Of a stretch of DNA of 32,000 bases, positions 1-9,602 are shown one piece after another; the stretch's first letter is position 1, and each line of letters starts with the position of its first letter. A program made the position numbers and the translations under genes. A model generated the notes under the pieces. The model saw only the letters and a program-made list of their open reading frames with translations. It made no database searches and was not told the DNA's origin. This DNA is from Fluviicoccus keumensis (GTDB taxonomy: Bacteria > Pseudomonadota > Gammaproteobacteria > Pseudomonadales > Moraxellaceae), in the NCBI RefSeq assembly GCF_004217445.1, contig NZ_SHKX01000014.1, positions 157,889-189,888 on the forward strand, written 5' to 3'.

Positions 1-630
1 GCCGATATTGATTTCCCTAGCTTCCGAGCAAGCGTAGGTCATCAAGTAATTAGTGAATTTGTTAACTACTATGAGTCTGCTGTCAACAACAGAACCATTG
101 CAACAGCCAAAGAAACAGAAGAGACATATCAGGCCATATGCATTTGCTTTAGCGGCCACGCCGGATTCCAAATACTAACCCGCGAAGAAGACACTGTATG
201 GGAGAACCATGACGATATAAAACTTCTAAAAGAGAAGTTCAAGCAACACCATGTAATTCTCGAGGAATGCTTATGGATTTTTGAGCACCAACCCATTCAC
301 GCATATATTAGCACCAGTAAAAACCGAAAAATCATGCGCATTTTAAGAGAAAAGACACCTACTCTTTTTGGCAAGACACCAAACTACCCTGAAATGGAAG
401 GTATCATAATGAAAGGGCTAAAGGAGGGTGTCTTGCAAAGAGTAAAGTGGTACAGCAATTGCCTTGATGAATATATGATTCATGACCCTACAAGCCTCTC
501 TACTTTGAACTCGATATTTTCTTTTATCGTTGGAATACACTTTTCCTACAAACAAGCGCTGGCCGAACTTGAAGCTATTTCAAAAGACAAAAGTAATGGA
601 GTGGATGACTTGTTGAGCAGCCTTACATAA
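1..630 (+). CDS. Hypothetical protein, 5'-truncated by the window edge. The ORF track shows only the part from the Met at 334.
   Basis: Frame +1 has no stop from nt 1 to the TAA at 628-630. The segment is AT-rich (about 35-42% GC in hand-counted 60-nt lines), against more than 65% in the adjacent recD. I recognise no motif in it. Confidence 0.55.
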   Translation, partial: ADIDFPSFRASVGHQVISEFVNYYESAVNNRTIATAKETEETYQAICICFSGHAGFQILTREEDTVWENHDDIKLLKEKFKQHHVILEECLWIFEHQPIHAYISTSKNRKIMRILREKTPTLFGKTPNYPEMEGIIMKGLKEGVLQRVKWYSNCLDEYMIHDPTSLSTLNSIFSFIVGIHFSYKQALAELEAISKDKSNGVDDLLSSLT

Positions 631-2293
631 TTACCTTCCCCCCCAACCCACTCCTCCTCTCCGTCCGCCTCCCCACCGCGACGGAGAGCCCCCTCTCCCC
701 CGCCCACACCTGCACCCGCACCCTCGCCCGCGTCACCCCCGTATACAACAACTCCCGCGACACCACCTGCGAATCCGCCCCCGGCAACACCACCGCCACC
801 TCCTCAAACTCCGACCCCTGCGACTTGTGCACCGTCATCGCAAACGCCGTCTCCACATGCGCCAGCCGCGCCACCGAAATCCCCCGCTCCCGCCCCGGAA
901 AAAACACCTCCAGCCCCGCCGCCGACCGCAACGCCACCCCGATATCGCCATTGAACACATTCAACGCATAATCGTTCTGCATCACCATCACCGGCCGTCC
1001 GTGAAACCACAACGCCGCCCCCGCCTCCTGGCCCAGCGCCGCCCGCAGCCGCGCCGTCAGCCGCTCGTTCAGGCCCGCCACCCCCGTGGTGCCCTCGCGC
1101 AACGCGCACAACACCCGGAATCGCCCGAAGGCCGCCAGCACCGCCTCGGTGTCCGCCCCGCCGCGCAAGGCGTCCACATAGGGCGCATAGCCCCGGAACA
1201 AGGCCTCGGCCAGCGCCTCCGCGCCCGGCAAATCCTCAAAGCGCACCTTGTCCAGCCCCTGCCGCCGGAAGCCCAGCACCGCCGCGCTGTCGCCGGCGCA
1301 AATGGCCGCCGCCAGCCGGCCAATGCCGCTGTCCGCGCCAAAACGCTGGCTTTCGTTCAGTGCCACCCGCGCCGCCTGCAAGCGCGGGGCGCGGCCCATT
1401 TCCTCCAGCACCGCCCCCGCTTCCACCGCCGCCAGCTGGTTGGCATCGCCCAGCAGGATCAGCCGGGTGCGGCGCGGGTCGATGGCGGCCAGCAGTTGCG
1501 AGGCCAGCCGCAGGTCGATCATCGAGGCTTCGTCCACAATCACCAGGTCGAAGGGCAAGGGATTGGCGGCGTGGTATTGCGCCGGGCGGTCGTACTGGAT
1601 GCCCAGCAGCCGGTGCAGGGTGCTGGCCGAGGTCGGCAGCGCTGCCCGCATGGCGTCGGTGACGCCGGTGGCTTTGGCCAGCGCGGCGCTGAGGGCTTCG
1701 TACATGCGCGCGGCGGCCTTGCCGGTGGGGGCCGCCAGCGCCACGTGCAGCGTCGGGTTCTGTTCCAGCAGCGCCAGCAGGATGCGCACCAGCGTGTAGG
1801 TCTTGCCGGTGCCGGGGCCGCCGGTAATCAGGCTGAAACGGCGCTGCGTGGCCATGGCCACCGCCTGCCGCTGCCGTTCGTTCAGGCCGTCCAGGTGATG
1901 CGCGGCCACCGGCGCGGCGTCGCCCACGGCTTCGTCCAGCGCGCTCAGGGCTTGCGCCAGCTGCGTTTCCGCCTGCCAGTGCCGGTACAGGTACAGCCGT
2001 TCGTCTTCGGCCACCAGCGGCGCCACGGTGTCGGCGGCGCGGGCGGCGTCCACCAGCACCGGCGAAGACAGGTTCCGCCAAGGCGCGTGTTCGTCCACCA
2101 GGCAGACATGGCCCTGCGCCAGCCCTGCCGCCAGTTTCCGCACCCAGTCGCGGATCCGTCCGGCCTGCGCGGGGTCGCCGCCGTCACGCTGGTGCAGACT
2201 GGCCAGCAGTTCGGCCAGTCCGGCGCTCCAGGCGGGGGCATCATCGGTCTGTCCGGGTTGGCTGGACAGCGTGGCGGTGAAGGGCAAGGTCAT
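623..2293 (-). CDS. recD: Exodeoxyribonuclease V alpha subunit (RecD helicase)
   Basis: The protein is 556 aa. It has Walker A LITGGPGTGKTYT, motif II VIVDEASMID, and the C-terminal helicase motif TVHKSQGSEF. Its ATG overlaps the recB stop (ATGA at 2290-2293). It is last in the recC-recB-recD order. Confidence 0.9.
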   Translation of the reverse strand: MTLPFTATLSSQPGQTDDAPAWSAGLAELLASLHQRDGGDPAQAGRIRDWVRKLAAGLAQGHVCLVDEHAPWRNLSSPVLVDAARAADTVAPLVAEDERLYLYRHWQAETQLAQALSALDEAVGDAAPVAAHHLDGLNERQRQAVAMATQRRFSLITGGPGTGKTYTLVRILLALLEQNPTLHVALAAPTGKAAARMYEALSAALAKATGVTDAMRAALPTSASTLHRLLGIQYDRPAQYHAANPLPFDLVIVDEASMIDLRLASQLLAAIDPRRTRLILLGDANQLAAVEAGAVLEEMGRAPRLQAARVALNESQRFGADSGIGRLAAAICAGDSAAVLGFRRQGLDKVRFEDLPGAEALAEALFRGYAPYVDALRGGADTEAVLAAFGRFRVLCALREGTTGVAGLNERLTARLRAALGQEAGAALWFHGRPVMVMQNDYALNVFNGDIGVALRSAAGLEVFFPGRERGISVARLAHVETAFAMTVHKSQGSEFEEVAVVLPGADSQVVSRELLYTGVTRARVRVQVWAGERGLSVAVGRRTERRSGLGGKVIM

Positions 2294-5200
2294 GTTGTCG
2301 CCTCCTCGGCGGCCAGCAGTTGGCTGAGGGTGTCCAGCAGCGCCACGGACGGCTGCCAGGCGTGGACGCCGTGCGCGCCCTGCGCCGGGTGCATGCCGCG
2401 GATGAACAGGTAATAGACCCCGCCCAGATGCACGGCGGGGTCGTAGTCGCGCAGGCGGCTGCGCAGCCAGCGGTGCAGCGCCACGGCGTACAGCGCGGCC
2501 TGCAGGTGATAGCCGCCGTGCGCCATGGCCTGCGCCAGCCCGTGCGGGCCGAAGGCGGCGTAGTCGTGGCCCAGGCGGTTGCTCTTGTAGTCGGCCACGT
2601 ACCAGCGGCCTTCATGGCGGAATACCAGGTCGATGGAGCCTTTCAGGAAGCCGCGAATGGTCTGGTCGCCCAGTTCCGGCACCGGCAGCCCGGCCTGGCG
2701 CAGGGTGTCCACCAGCGCGCGGGTGCGCAGCGCGGGCAGCGGCAGGTGGAAGTCCAGCTCGCGCAGGGTGTGGGCGCGGGGAATGTCGGCCAGGCGCAGG
2801 CCGGGGGCCAGCGGCGTGGCCAGCACTTCGTCCAGCCAGTCGGCCACGTCCTGCACCAGCAGCGGGGTGTCGGTGTCGTCGCCGGTCAGGACGCCGTAGC
2901 GGCGCAGTTGCCGTTCCACCAGCGCGTGGCCGTGCTCGGTGCTCTGCTGCGCCACCGGCCGGGTGAAGTCCAGATGCTCGAACAGGCCGTGCAGGCAGTT
3001 GCCGGTGACGCTGGCGGGCAACCGCGCCGGATGCGGGAAGCGGAAGCGCAGCGGCAGTTCGGCCAGCGGCGGCGCGGGGTCCAGCACCGGCTGCGGGGCG
3101 TCGCGGTCGTGGTCGGCGGCGGTGTCGTCGGGGGTCACGGGCGCGGCGGGTAGCGTGATGGTCTGCGGCTGGCTGTTGTTGTTCAGGTCGCTGAAACTGG
3201 TGACGCGCCAGCCGCCGGGCACGGCCGGGGCCGGGGTTTCGCGCAGTTCGGGCAGGCGGTCGCCGCGCGCGGGCAGGCGTTGCACGGCGTCGAACGCCAC
3301 CGGCTGCACGGCAATCAGGCCGGGATGCTGCTCGCTCAGGGCGTGCAGGCTGCCCTCGCCCTGCGGCAGCCAGTGGCCCAGGCAGGAATCGTCCACCGTG
3401 GTTTTGGCGGTATCCACCGGGAACCAGGCGACATAGCAGCGCTGGGCGGCGCGGGTCAGCGCCACGTAGCCCAGGCGCAGGTCTTCGCTCAGCACTTCTC
3501 TTTCCAGCAGCTTCTGATCACCGGGATCCAGGTCATCCCGAAGGTCAAAAATGGCTTCACCGTCCTTGTGATAGAACGGCGTGCCCCGGTTCGGGTCGGG
3601 CGGCGTCCACAGCACCGGCGCGAAGACGATGGGATATTCCAGCCCCTTCGAGGCGTGGATGGTGAGGATCTTCACCAGGTTCTCGTCGCTTTCCAGCCGC
3701 AGTTCGGCGTTGGCGCTGTCCTGCGGCTGGCGGCGCTGCTGCGCCAGCCATTCGCACAGGTGGTGCTGGCCGTCGCGCTGGCGGTCTTCTTCATGCAGCA
3801 GTTCGGCCAGATGCAACAGGTTGGTGAGAATGCGCTCGCCGCCGGGCAGCGTCGCCACCCGCGCCACCACACTGTCGCGTTGCAGGAATTCCCGCCAGGC
3901 CACCATGAAGCCGCGCCGCAGCCAGGTCTGCTGGTAGTCCTGGAAGCGTTGCAGCTGCTCGGTCCAGCCCGCCGTGTCGGTCTGCCAGCGCAGGAAATCG
4001 GCCACCGTCGCCCCGCACAGGCGGGTGGCCAGCGCGGCGCGCACCTTGCCTTCGTGGTGCGGCTCGGCCATCGCCGCCAGCAGCTGCGACAAGTCCTCGG
4101 CCTCGGCACTGGCGAACACCTTCTCGTTCGACTGCATCGCCGCCTTCACCCCGGCGCGGGCCAGCTCGCGGCGCAACTGGTCGGCCTGATAATGCGCCCG
4201 CACCAGGATGGCGATGTCACGTCCCTGTACCGGCTTGCCGTCCAGCAGCAGCTTTTCCTCTTGCGCGCCGTGCAGCAAGCGCACGATCTCGTTGACGGTG
4301 GCGCGCACCGCCCAGCGCACGCCGTCGTCCTTGCTGTTGCCGCAGTCACCGTCAGGCGTCAGGAAGCGCAGCGGTTGCCGGTCGGTCCCTGCGCTTTCGC
4401 GGAGGTCCACCAGCGCCGCGCAGGGTTTGGCGCCCTTGCCCACCGGGGTATACGTGATTTTTGCCTGATCTTCCCCCTGCTCCGGCCGGGGCCAGAAGGC
4501 ATCGTCTTTCTGGGCGAAGAAGGCGTTCAGCGCCTCGATCAGCGGTTTCACCGAGCGCTGGTTGTCGGCCAGGTCGTGCTTGGCGCTGTCGGGCACGTCG
4601 TCGTAGGCGCGCAGGTAGGTATAGACGTCCGCGCCCCGGAAACGGTAGATCGCCTGCTTCGGGTCGCCCACCAGGAACAGCACGCTGTCGGCCGGGTCGG
4701 CGTTCAGGTACACCGCCTGCAGGATGCGGTACTGGGCGTCGTCGGTGTCCTGGAATTCGTCCACCAGCGCCGCCGGATAGCGGGCGCGCAAGGCCTCGGC
4801 CAACCCCGGGCCGGTGTCGGCATCGCCCAGCGCCTGCGCCAGTCCCTTGATCTGCATGTCAAAATTCTGCGCCTGCTGCTGTTGCAGGCGGCGGGTCAGG
4901 GTTTCCTGGCAATAGACGGCCAGTTGCTGGCGGAACAGGCGGCTCTGGCGCTGGATGGCGGCGCGGCAGTCTTCCAGTTGCTCTGGCAGATCGTGCAGGG
5001 CGTCGAACAGGGCGTGATGCGGGAATTGCCCGGCGTACTTCTTGGCGGTCTTCTCCTGCAACTTGTCGCTGCTGAAATTTTCGATCACCTTCAGGAAGGC
5101 CTTGGCGGCGGTGCTGCCGCTGCCGATGAATTCCGCCAGCCCCGCCGACGGGTCGCGCAGGAAGCGGTCGAGCGCGCCCAGCCCCTTGCGGATCAGCTCG

Positions 5201-5964
5201 GGCTTGTAGCTGGTCTGACTGAGCATGTGACCGTGTTCGGCCAGCAGCGCGCGCACGGCAGCCTGTTCCTGCTGCCACAAGACTTGCAACGCATCCAACT
5301 GCTGCTTGCCGCGCGTCAGCGCCGCGTCGTTGCCGGAATCCGCACCGATGAACAGTTGCGCCTGGCCCTGGTTCAACACGCCCTGCACGAATTTCTGCAA
5401 CTCGCCCAGGCTGAAGGCGCCGGTATTCAGGTAATAGCTCACCAGCAGCGGGTCGGCCTGCCGCCACTGCCGGCGGCAAAAATCCTGGATGATCTCGCGC
5501 AGCAAGGGCGAGGTATCGGTGATCACTTCCACGTCCAGCGGTGCGCCGCTGGCCAGCGCCTGCTCGCTCAGCACGCCCTGACAGAAACCGTGGATGGTGG
5601 TGATGGTGGCCAGGTCGAAATCGGCCAGCGCCTGCTTCAGCCGCATGCGTGCGGTGGTGCGGTCGGTCAGCCGCGCCAGCAGCGGCGTGTAGAACGGATC
5701 GTCCACCGCCTCGCCGTCTTCGGCGCGTTGCACGGCGGCCAGCGTTTCCACCAGCCGCTTGCGGATGCGGTCGCGCAGCTCGGCGGCGGCGGCCTTGGTG
5801 AAGGTGATGGCCAGAATCTGCTTCGGCTCCAGCCCGCGCTCCAGCACCAGTCGCGCAAACAGCGCCGACAGCGTCCAGGTCTTGCCGGTGCCGGCCGAGG
5901 CCTGGATCAGTTGCACGCCGGAGAGGGGGGCGTCTATCGCGGGGATTTTTTTCAGCTCGCTCAT
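2290..5964 (-). CDS. recB: Exodeoxyribonuclease V beta subunit (RecB helicase-nuclease)
   Basis: The protein is 1224 aa. It has UvrD-type Walker A ASAGTGKTW, motif II VDEFQDTD, and IHASKGLEYPIVF. The C-terminal nuclease motif is GSIDLVFRHEGRWYVADYKSN. Its start overlaps the recC stop (5961-5964). Confidence 0.95.
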   Translation of the reverse strand: MSELKKIPAIDAPLSGVQLIQASAGTGKTWTLSALFARLVLERGLEPKQILAITFTKAAAAELRDRIRKRLVETLAAVQRAEDGEAVDDPFYTPLLARLTDRTTARMRLKQALADFDLATITTIHGFCQGVLSEQALASGAPLDVEVITDTSPLLREIIQDFCRRQWRQADPLLVSYYLNTGAFSLGELQKFVQGVLNQGQAQLFIGADSGNDAALTRGKQQLDALQVLWQQEQAAVRALLAEHGHMLSQTSYKPELIRKGLGALDRFLRDPSAGLAEFIGSGSTAAKAFLKVIENFSSDKLQEKTAKKYAGQFPHHALFDALHDLPEQLEDCRAAIQRQSRLFRQQLAVYCQETLTRRLQQQQAQNFDMQIKGLAQALGDADTGPGLAEALRARYPAALVDEFQDTDDAQYRILQAVYLNADPADSVLFLVGDPKQAIYRFRGADVYTYLRAYDDVPDSAKHDLADNQRSVKPLIEALNAFFAQKDDAFWPRPEQGEDQAKITYTPVGKGAKPCAALVDLRESAGTDRQPLRFLTPDGDCGNSKDDGVRWAVRATVNEIVRLLHGAQEEKLLLDGKPVQGRDIAILVRAHYQADQLRRELARAGVKAAMQSNEKVFASAEAEDLSQLLAAMAEPHHEGKVRAALATRLCGATVADFLRWQTDTAGWTEQLQRFQDYQQTWLRRGFMVAWREFLQRDSVVARVATLPGGERILTNLLHLAELLHEEDRQRDGQHHLCEWLAQQRRQPQDSANAELRLESDENLVKILTIHASKGLEYPIVFAPVLWTPPDPNRGTPFYHKDGEAIFDLRDDLDPGDQKLLEREVLSEDLRLGYVALTRAAQRCYVAWFPVDTAKTTVDDSCLGHWLPQGEGSLHALSEQHPGLIAVQPVAFDAVQRLPARGDRLPELRETPAPAVPGGWRVTSFSDLNNNSQPQTITLPAAPVTPDDTAADHDRDAPQPVLDPAPPLAELPLRFRFPHPARLPASVTGNCLHGLFEHLDFTRPVAQQSTEHGHALVERQLRRYGVLTGDDTDTPLLVQDVADWLDEVLATPLAPGLRLADIPRAHTLRELDFHLPLPALRTRALVDTLRQAGLPVPELGDQTIRGFLKGSIDLVFRHEGRWYVADYKSNRLGHDYAAFGPHGLAQAMAHGGYHLQAALYAVALHRWLRSRLRDYDPAVHLGGVYYLFIRGMHPAQGAHGVHAWQPSVALLDTLSQLLAAEEATT

Positions 5965-8900
5965 GCCTCATTCCCTCCCACCAACACCCCCACATCCTCC
6001 CACGTCCCTTCCTGCAACGCCGCCTTCAACGGCCCGAACAGGCGCAGCGCCTCGCCGGTCACGCTCTCCGGCAGCCGCTCCTGATCTTCGGCGCTCAGCA
6101 CCCGCTTCCACAGGCTGTCGGCCACCACGTCCTCCCAAGCCTTCTCCAGCTTGGCGCGGGCCTTGGCCTCGTCCTTCACCGCGCCCTTTGCGTATTCCCA
6201 GGCGGCGTCGGGCGGCAACAGCAGCGGCGTGCGCTGGCCCCGGTCATAGGCCTCCATCCAGCGGTCCAGCTGCTCGGCGGCCTCGTCGGCACCCAAGCCT
6301 TCAAACCACGCCGGGCCATCGAGGAACAGCCACAGCGTGCGCCGTCCCGCCCCCGCCACCTGCCACAGCAGGTGCGCCAGCCACGCCCGCACCAGATACT
6401 TGGCGGACTGCTTCGAGAGTTGATAACCGGGCTGGTACGGCTCGTCCAGCGGCGGCAGGTCCACCGACAGGCGATAACCGCGCAGTTGCAGGTCGTGGCG
6501 CACCGGCGTCACTTCGCGCTTGACCCGCTCCCACGCGCTTTGCAGGTCGTGCAAGCTTTGCTGCGCTTGCGTCCAGTAGACGCTGCCCACCGTGCCCACC
6601 GGCAACGCCCCGCTGGCGCGCAGCACCGGCTCGGCCTGATGCCGGGCGTGGAACAGCTTCGACCGCAGCTGCCACTTGTCGAGGTGGTTCAGTTGCAGCG
6701 GCTCCTCGTCGTGCAGGGAGTCATCCAGGCTTTCCAGCCGCAGCTTCAGCCCGACTTTCAGGAAGAATTCGGCGGGATGCTTGAAGAAGCGTTGCAGCAA
6801 TTCCAGCGTCAGTTGCGGGGTGTCGCTGTCGGGCGGCAGTTCGGCATTCACGAACGGCGGCAGCACGCTTTCCGGTTTCTGCACGGCGCGGGCGGCGGGC
6901 AGCCAGTCGGCGGCGTGGCTGAACAGGCGGGCGCTGTCCGGCTCGAAATAGCGCGGGCTGAAGGCTTGCAGGCGATGCTCGTAGACGCACTGCGCCTTCA
7001 GCGCTTTCGCGCCGCCCTCCACCCGCGTGCCCAGGTAATCCAGCAACTCACCGATCAGGATCGACGGCGGGAATTCCGCCGACTGGTTGTTGCTGTGGCC
7101 GTTGTAGAACAGCAGGAAGTGGTCATGGGCGGCCATCAGCGCGTCGAGGAAGGCACCGCGGTCATCGTCGCGGCGGGAACGGTCGCCGGGCCGGGGCTGC
7201 GGGTCCAGCCGCAGCAGGTCAAATTCGTTGAAGGGATCGCGACGCGGGAAGCTGGTGTCTTCCAGCCCCAGCAGGCAGATGACGCGGTACGGCAGGTTGC
7301 GCAGCGCGCCGATACGGCTGAAGGTGACCGAGCCGCCCGGCAGCGGCTCCGGCGCTTCGCTGTCCAGCCGCTGGTCGATCTCGCGCAGCAGCAGGAACAG
7401 CGGCACCGGCTCGCTGACCTTGGCATTGCCGGCGTGGCGTTCAATGTCGTCCAGCGCCCGCTCCAGCCCGCGCAGGGCGTACTCCCCGGCCAGGCTGCCG
7501 AAGAAACCCAGCAGGTCGCCGCGCAGGACCGCCAGCCATTCCTCCACCGGCCGCGCCTGTGTCCACCAGTCGCGGCGCAGCGCCAGGTCGGTCACGGCGC
7601 GGGTCAGCACGCCGATCAGCGCGAACTGCCCCGCCTCCACCCCGCCCACCGGCTGCAGGCCGCCCGCCAGTCCGTCGAATTCCGGCGGCAGGGCAATGGC
7701 CAGCAGCAGCCGTTCCAACCCGAACAGCAGGGTGTGGGTGTCGTCCAGATCCTCGGCATCGCCGCTCTGGCGGGCGCGGTGTTGGCCGTCTAGCCCGCGA
7801 TAGACCCCGGCCTGTTGCAGCAGCCCGGCGGCCTTTTCGATATCGGCGGCTTCCAGCCCGTAATAGGCGGCCACCGGCGGCAGCGCCAGCCAATCCAGCA
7901 GCGCCGACTGCGCCAACCGTGTCTGCGTCAGCTGGTACAGGCCGTGGAAGGCCTGCCAGAGGGTATTTTCCTCGGCCTTGGGCACGCCGGTCAGTTGCCA
8001 GGGAATGCGGCGCGCGGCGGGCACGGTGCCGAACACCGACTCGATAGCCCCGGCGGCGGTGACCACATCGGGCAGCATTACCGCCACATCCTGCGGTTTC
8101 AGGTCGGGGTGAAGGGCGAACAGGTGCAGCAAGCGATCATGCAGCGCCTCCAGCTGGCGGGTCAGGCTGTGGCAACTGTGGATTTGCAGCGAGACATCGC
8201 TGTCCGCCAGCGACCAGAACGGCAGGTCATCACCGTGCTGGTGTTCCAGCGTGTGCAGGCTGTGTTGCAGACGGCGCAGCAGGCTGTCGCCCTCTAGCGG
8301 CGGGAACAGGTCGCGCCAGTCGTTGTCGTGTTCGCCGCCGGACAGGTCGGCCAGCAGGCGGAAATTGTCACGGGCCTGCTTGCCCCAGGCCGCCAGCAGC
8401 GGATGCCCGGCGCTGTGGTAGGCCACCTTGTGCGGCTGCAGCACCCGCATCTTTTCCAGCCAGCGCGGGTCCACCACGTCGGCCCAGTATTCGCGTGAGG
8501 GGTTGAGGTGCAGCCAGTGCAGCTCGGTATAGGGCGACAACGCCTGGAAGAAGTGCAGCACCGGCGGCGGCAGGCGCACGGTGGTGAACACGGCCAGCCG
8601 TTCCGGCAGGTGGCGGCGCAGCGCCGGTTGTTCGGCCAGCGCGTGCAGGTAACGGGTGGAAAGCTGTCCGCCCTCGGCGAAGGTCTCGGCGAACAGTTCC
8701 TGCCACAGCCGCGCCTGCCAGGCCTGATGCGTCCAGTCGTGCGGCAGGCGTCCGTCCTGCCGCCAGCGTTCCAGCCAGTCGGGGCGGTAGCTGACGTAGT
8801 CGGCGTAGGCCTGGGCGATGCGGCCCGCCAGTTGCCAGCGCCCCAGCACCGGGTTGGGGGTGCGTTGCAGGTAGGCGCGCAGGGGGTGGAAGTCGGGGTC

Positions 8901-9212
8901 GTCGTCGGGCAGGTGGCCGAGGCGTTCGAACAGCCGCCATTGCATCAGTTCGCGGGGCAGTGACTGGGTGTGTTCGTTGCTGTCCAGCACCTGCTTGTAG
9001 CACTGCCAGCGGAAGCTGATGGGGTACTGGATGGCGAAGTGGGCGGCGATGCCGAAGCGTTCGGCCCAGCGCAGCTCCAGCCAGCGGCCCAGGGCGATGG
9101 TGGGGACGAGGACGGTCAGGGGTTGCAGGGGGTCGCTCACCGGGTCGCCCAACGCCAGGCTGAGGGCGTCGAACAGGGTGTTCAGGTCGTGGGATTGGGT
9201 GATGGTGAGCAT
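5961..9212 (-). CDS. recC: Exodeoxyribonuclease V gamma subunit (RecC)
   Basis: The product is about 1083 aa counted from the ATG at 9212-9210 (MLTITQSHDLNTLFDAL...). This start resembles the RecC N-terminus (MLxVxxSNxL..L...). The 31-codon extension to 9305 in the ORF track runs into the REP-rich intergenic region. The gene sits immediately upstream of recB with overlapping stop and start. Confidence 0.9.
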   Translation of the reverse strand: MLTITQSHDLNTLFDALSLALGDPVSDPLQPLTVLVPTIALGRWLELRWAERFGIAAHFAIQYPISFRWQCYKQVLDSNEHTQSLPRELMQWRLFERLGHLPDDDPDFHPLRAYLQRTPNPVLGRWQLAGRIAQAYADYVSYRPDWLERWRQDGRLPHDWTHQAWQARLWQELFAETFAEGGQLSTRYLHALAEQPALRRHLPERLAVFTTVRLPPPVLHFFQALSPYTELHWLHLNPSREYWADVVDPRWLEKMRVLQPHKVAYHSAGHPLLAAWGKQARDNFRLLADLSGGEHDNDWRDLFPPLEGDSLLRRLQHSLHTLEHQHGDDLPFWSLADSDVSLQIHSCHSLTRQLEALHDRLLHLFALHPDLKPQDVAVMLPDVVTAAGAIESVFGTVPAARRIPWQLTGVPKAEENTLWQAFHGLYQLTQTRLAQSALLDWLALPPVAAYYGLEAADIEKAAGLLQQAGVYRGLDGQHRARQSGDAEDLDDTHTLLFGLERLLLAIALPPEFDGLAGGLQPVGGVEAGQFALIGVLTRAVTDLALRRDWWTQARPVEEWLAVLRGDLLGFFGSLAGEYALRGLERALDDIERHAGNAKVSEPVPLFLLLREIDQRLDSEAPEPLPGGSVTFSRIGALRNLPYRVICLLGLEDTSFPRRDPFNEFDLLRLDPQPRPGDRSRRDDDRGAFLDALMAAHDHFLLFYNGHSNNQSAEFPPSILIGELLDYLGTRVEGGAKALKAQCVYEHRLQAFSPRYFEPDSARLFSHAADWLPAARAVQKPESVLPPFVNAELPPDSDTPQLTLELLQRFFKHPAEFFLKVGLKLRLESLDDSLHDEEPLQLNHLDKWQLRSKLFHARHQAEPVLRASGALPVGTVGSVYWTQAQQSLHDLQSAWERVKREVTPVRHDLQLRGYRLSVDLPPLDEPYQPGYQLSKQSAKYLVRAWLAHLLWQVAGAGRRTLWLFLDGPAWFEGLGADEAAEQLDRWMEAYDRGQRTPLLLPPDAAWEYAKGAVKDEAKARAKLEKAWEDVVADSLWKRVLSAEDQERLPESVTGEALRLFGPLKAALQEGTWEDVGVLVGGNEA

Positions 9213-9314
9213 TTGTTTTTTCCCTAGGCTGGGGGGAACCTTACTGGAAAGTGTCTTGGGCAGGAAGGGGGTTCTGTTTGGCTGGCGACTTTGGTTGTCG
9301 CGCAAATTTTGTAG

Positions 9315-9414
9315 GGGCGCACTGCGTGCGCCCTCTTCGCCCGGACATGACGGATTTTTTGGGCGAATGGCTTCCGCCTGCCGCGGGCCCTACTTTTCTC
9401 TTGGGAAAAGTAGG
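9315..9414. repeat. Two perfect palindromic hairpins in the sbcC-recC intergenic region
   Basis: The first is gggcgcac-tgc-gtgcgccc at 9315-9333 (8-bp stem). The second is cctacttttc-tcttgg-gaaaagtagg at 9389-9414 (10-bp stem). Neither is followed by a T-run on the minus strand, so they look like REP elements rather than terminators. Confidence 0.6.
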
Positions 9415-9535
9415 CAAAACCGTGTCCTTCGCCAAAACTCGCTCGCCAGGATGCCTCCGTCCGGCCGCTCCGCTTCCGTCACTGCGTTGCCGGACATGTT
9501 GGCTCAGACAGTTGGCTGCGGACAGCTCAGGTGTT

Positions 9536-9586
9536 CCCTCTCCCCGTTGGGGGAGAGGGCTAGGGAGAGGGGGCACGGAAAGTGCA
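9536..9586. repeat. REP-like element (CCCTCTCCCC-GTT-GGGGAGAGGG-CTAGGGAGAGGGGG-CACGGAAAG). It is homologous to the copy at 30649-30697.
   Basis: A 10-bp palindrome is followed by a G/A-rich tail. An almost identical string of about 50 nt occurs at 30649-30697, and an inverted copy at 30742-30784. Confidence 0.7.
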
Positions 9587-9602
9587 TCAAACACGCCGCA
9601 AG

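Noticed and set aside
3280-6084. A very long plus-strand ORF (934 aa) antisense to recB. Similar cases are 827-2413, 6372-7793, 10008-11129, 11445-15011 and 15860-16801.
   Set aside because: These are shadow ORFs typical of DNA above 65% GC. They are Arg/Ala/Gly/Gln/Pro-rich low-complexity translations with no motifs. Each lies fully opposite a minus-strand gene with strong, recognisable motifs.
9213-9305. Longer N-terminal extensions offered by the ORF track for recC (to 9305), cupin (to 17243), cas5c (to 27291), the toxin (to 23895, a TTG start) and EamA (to 30731).
   Set aside because: In each case a downstream ATG reproduces the canonical family N-terminus. The extensions run into REP units, CRISPR repeats or the preceding gene.
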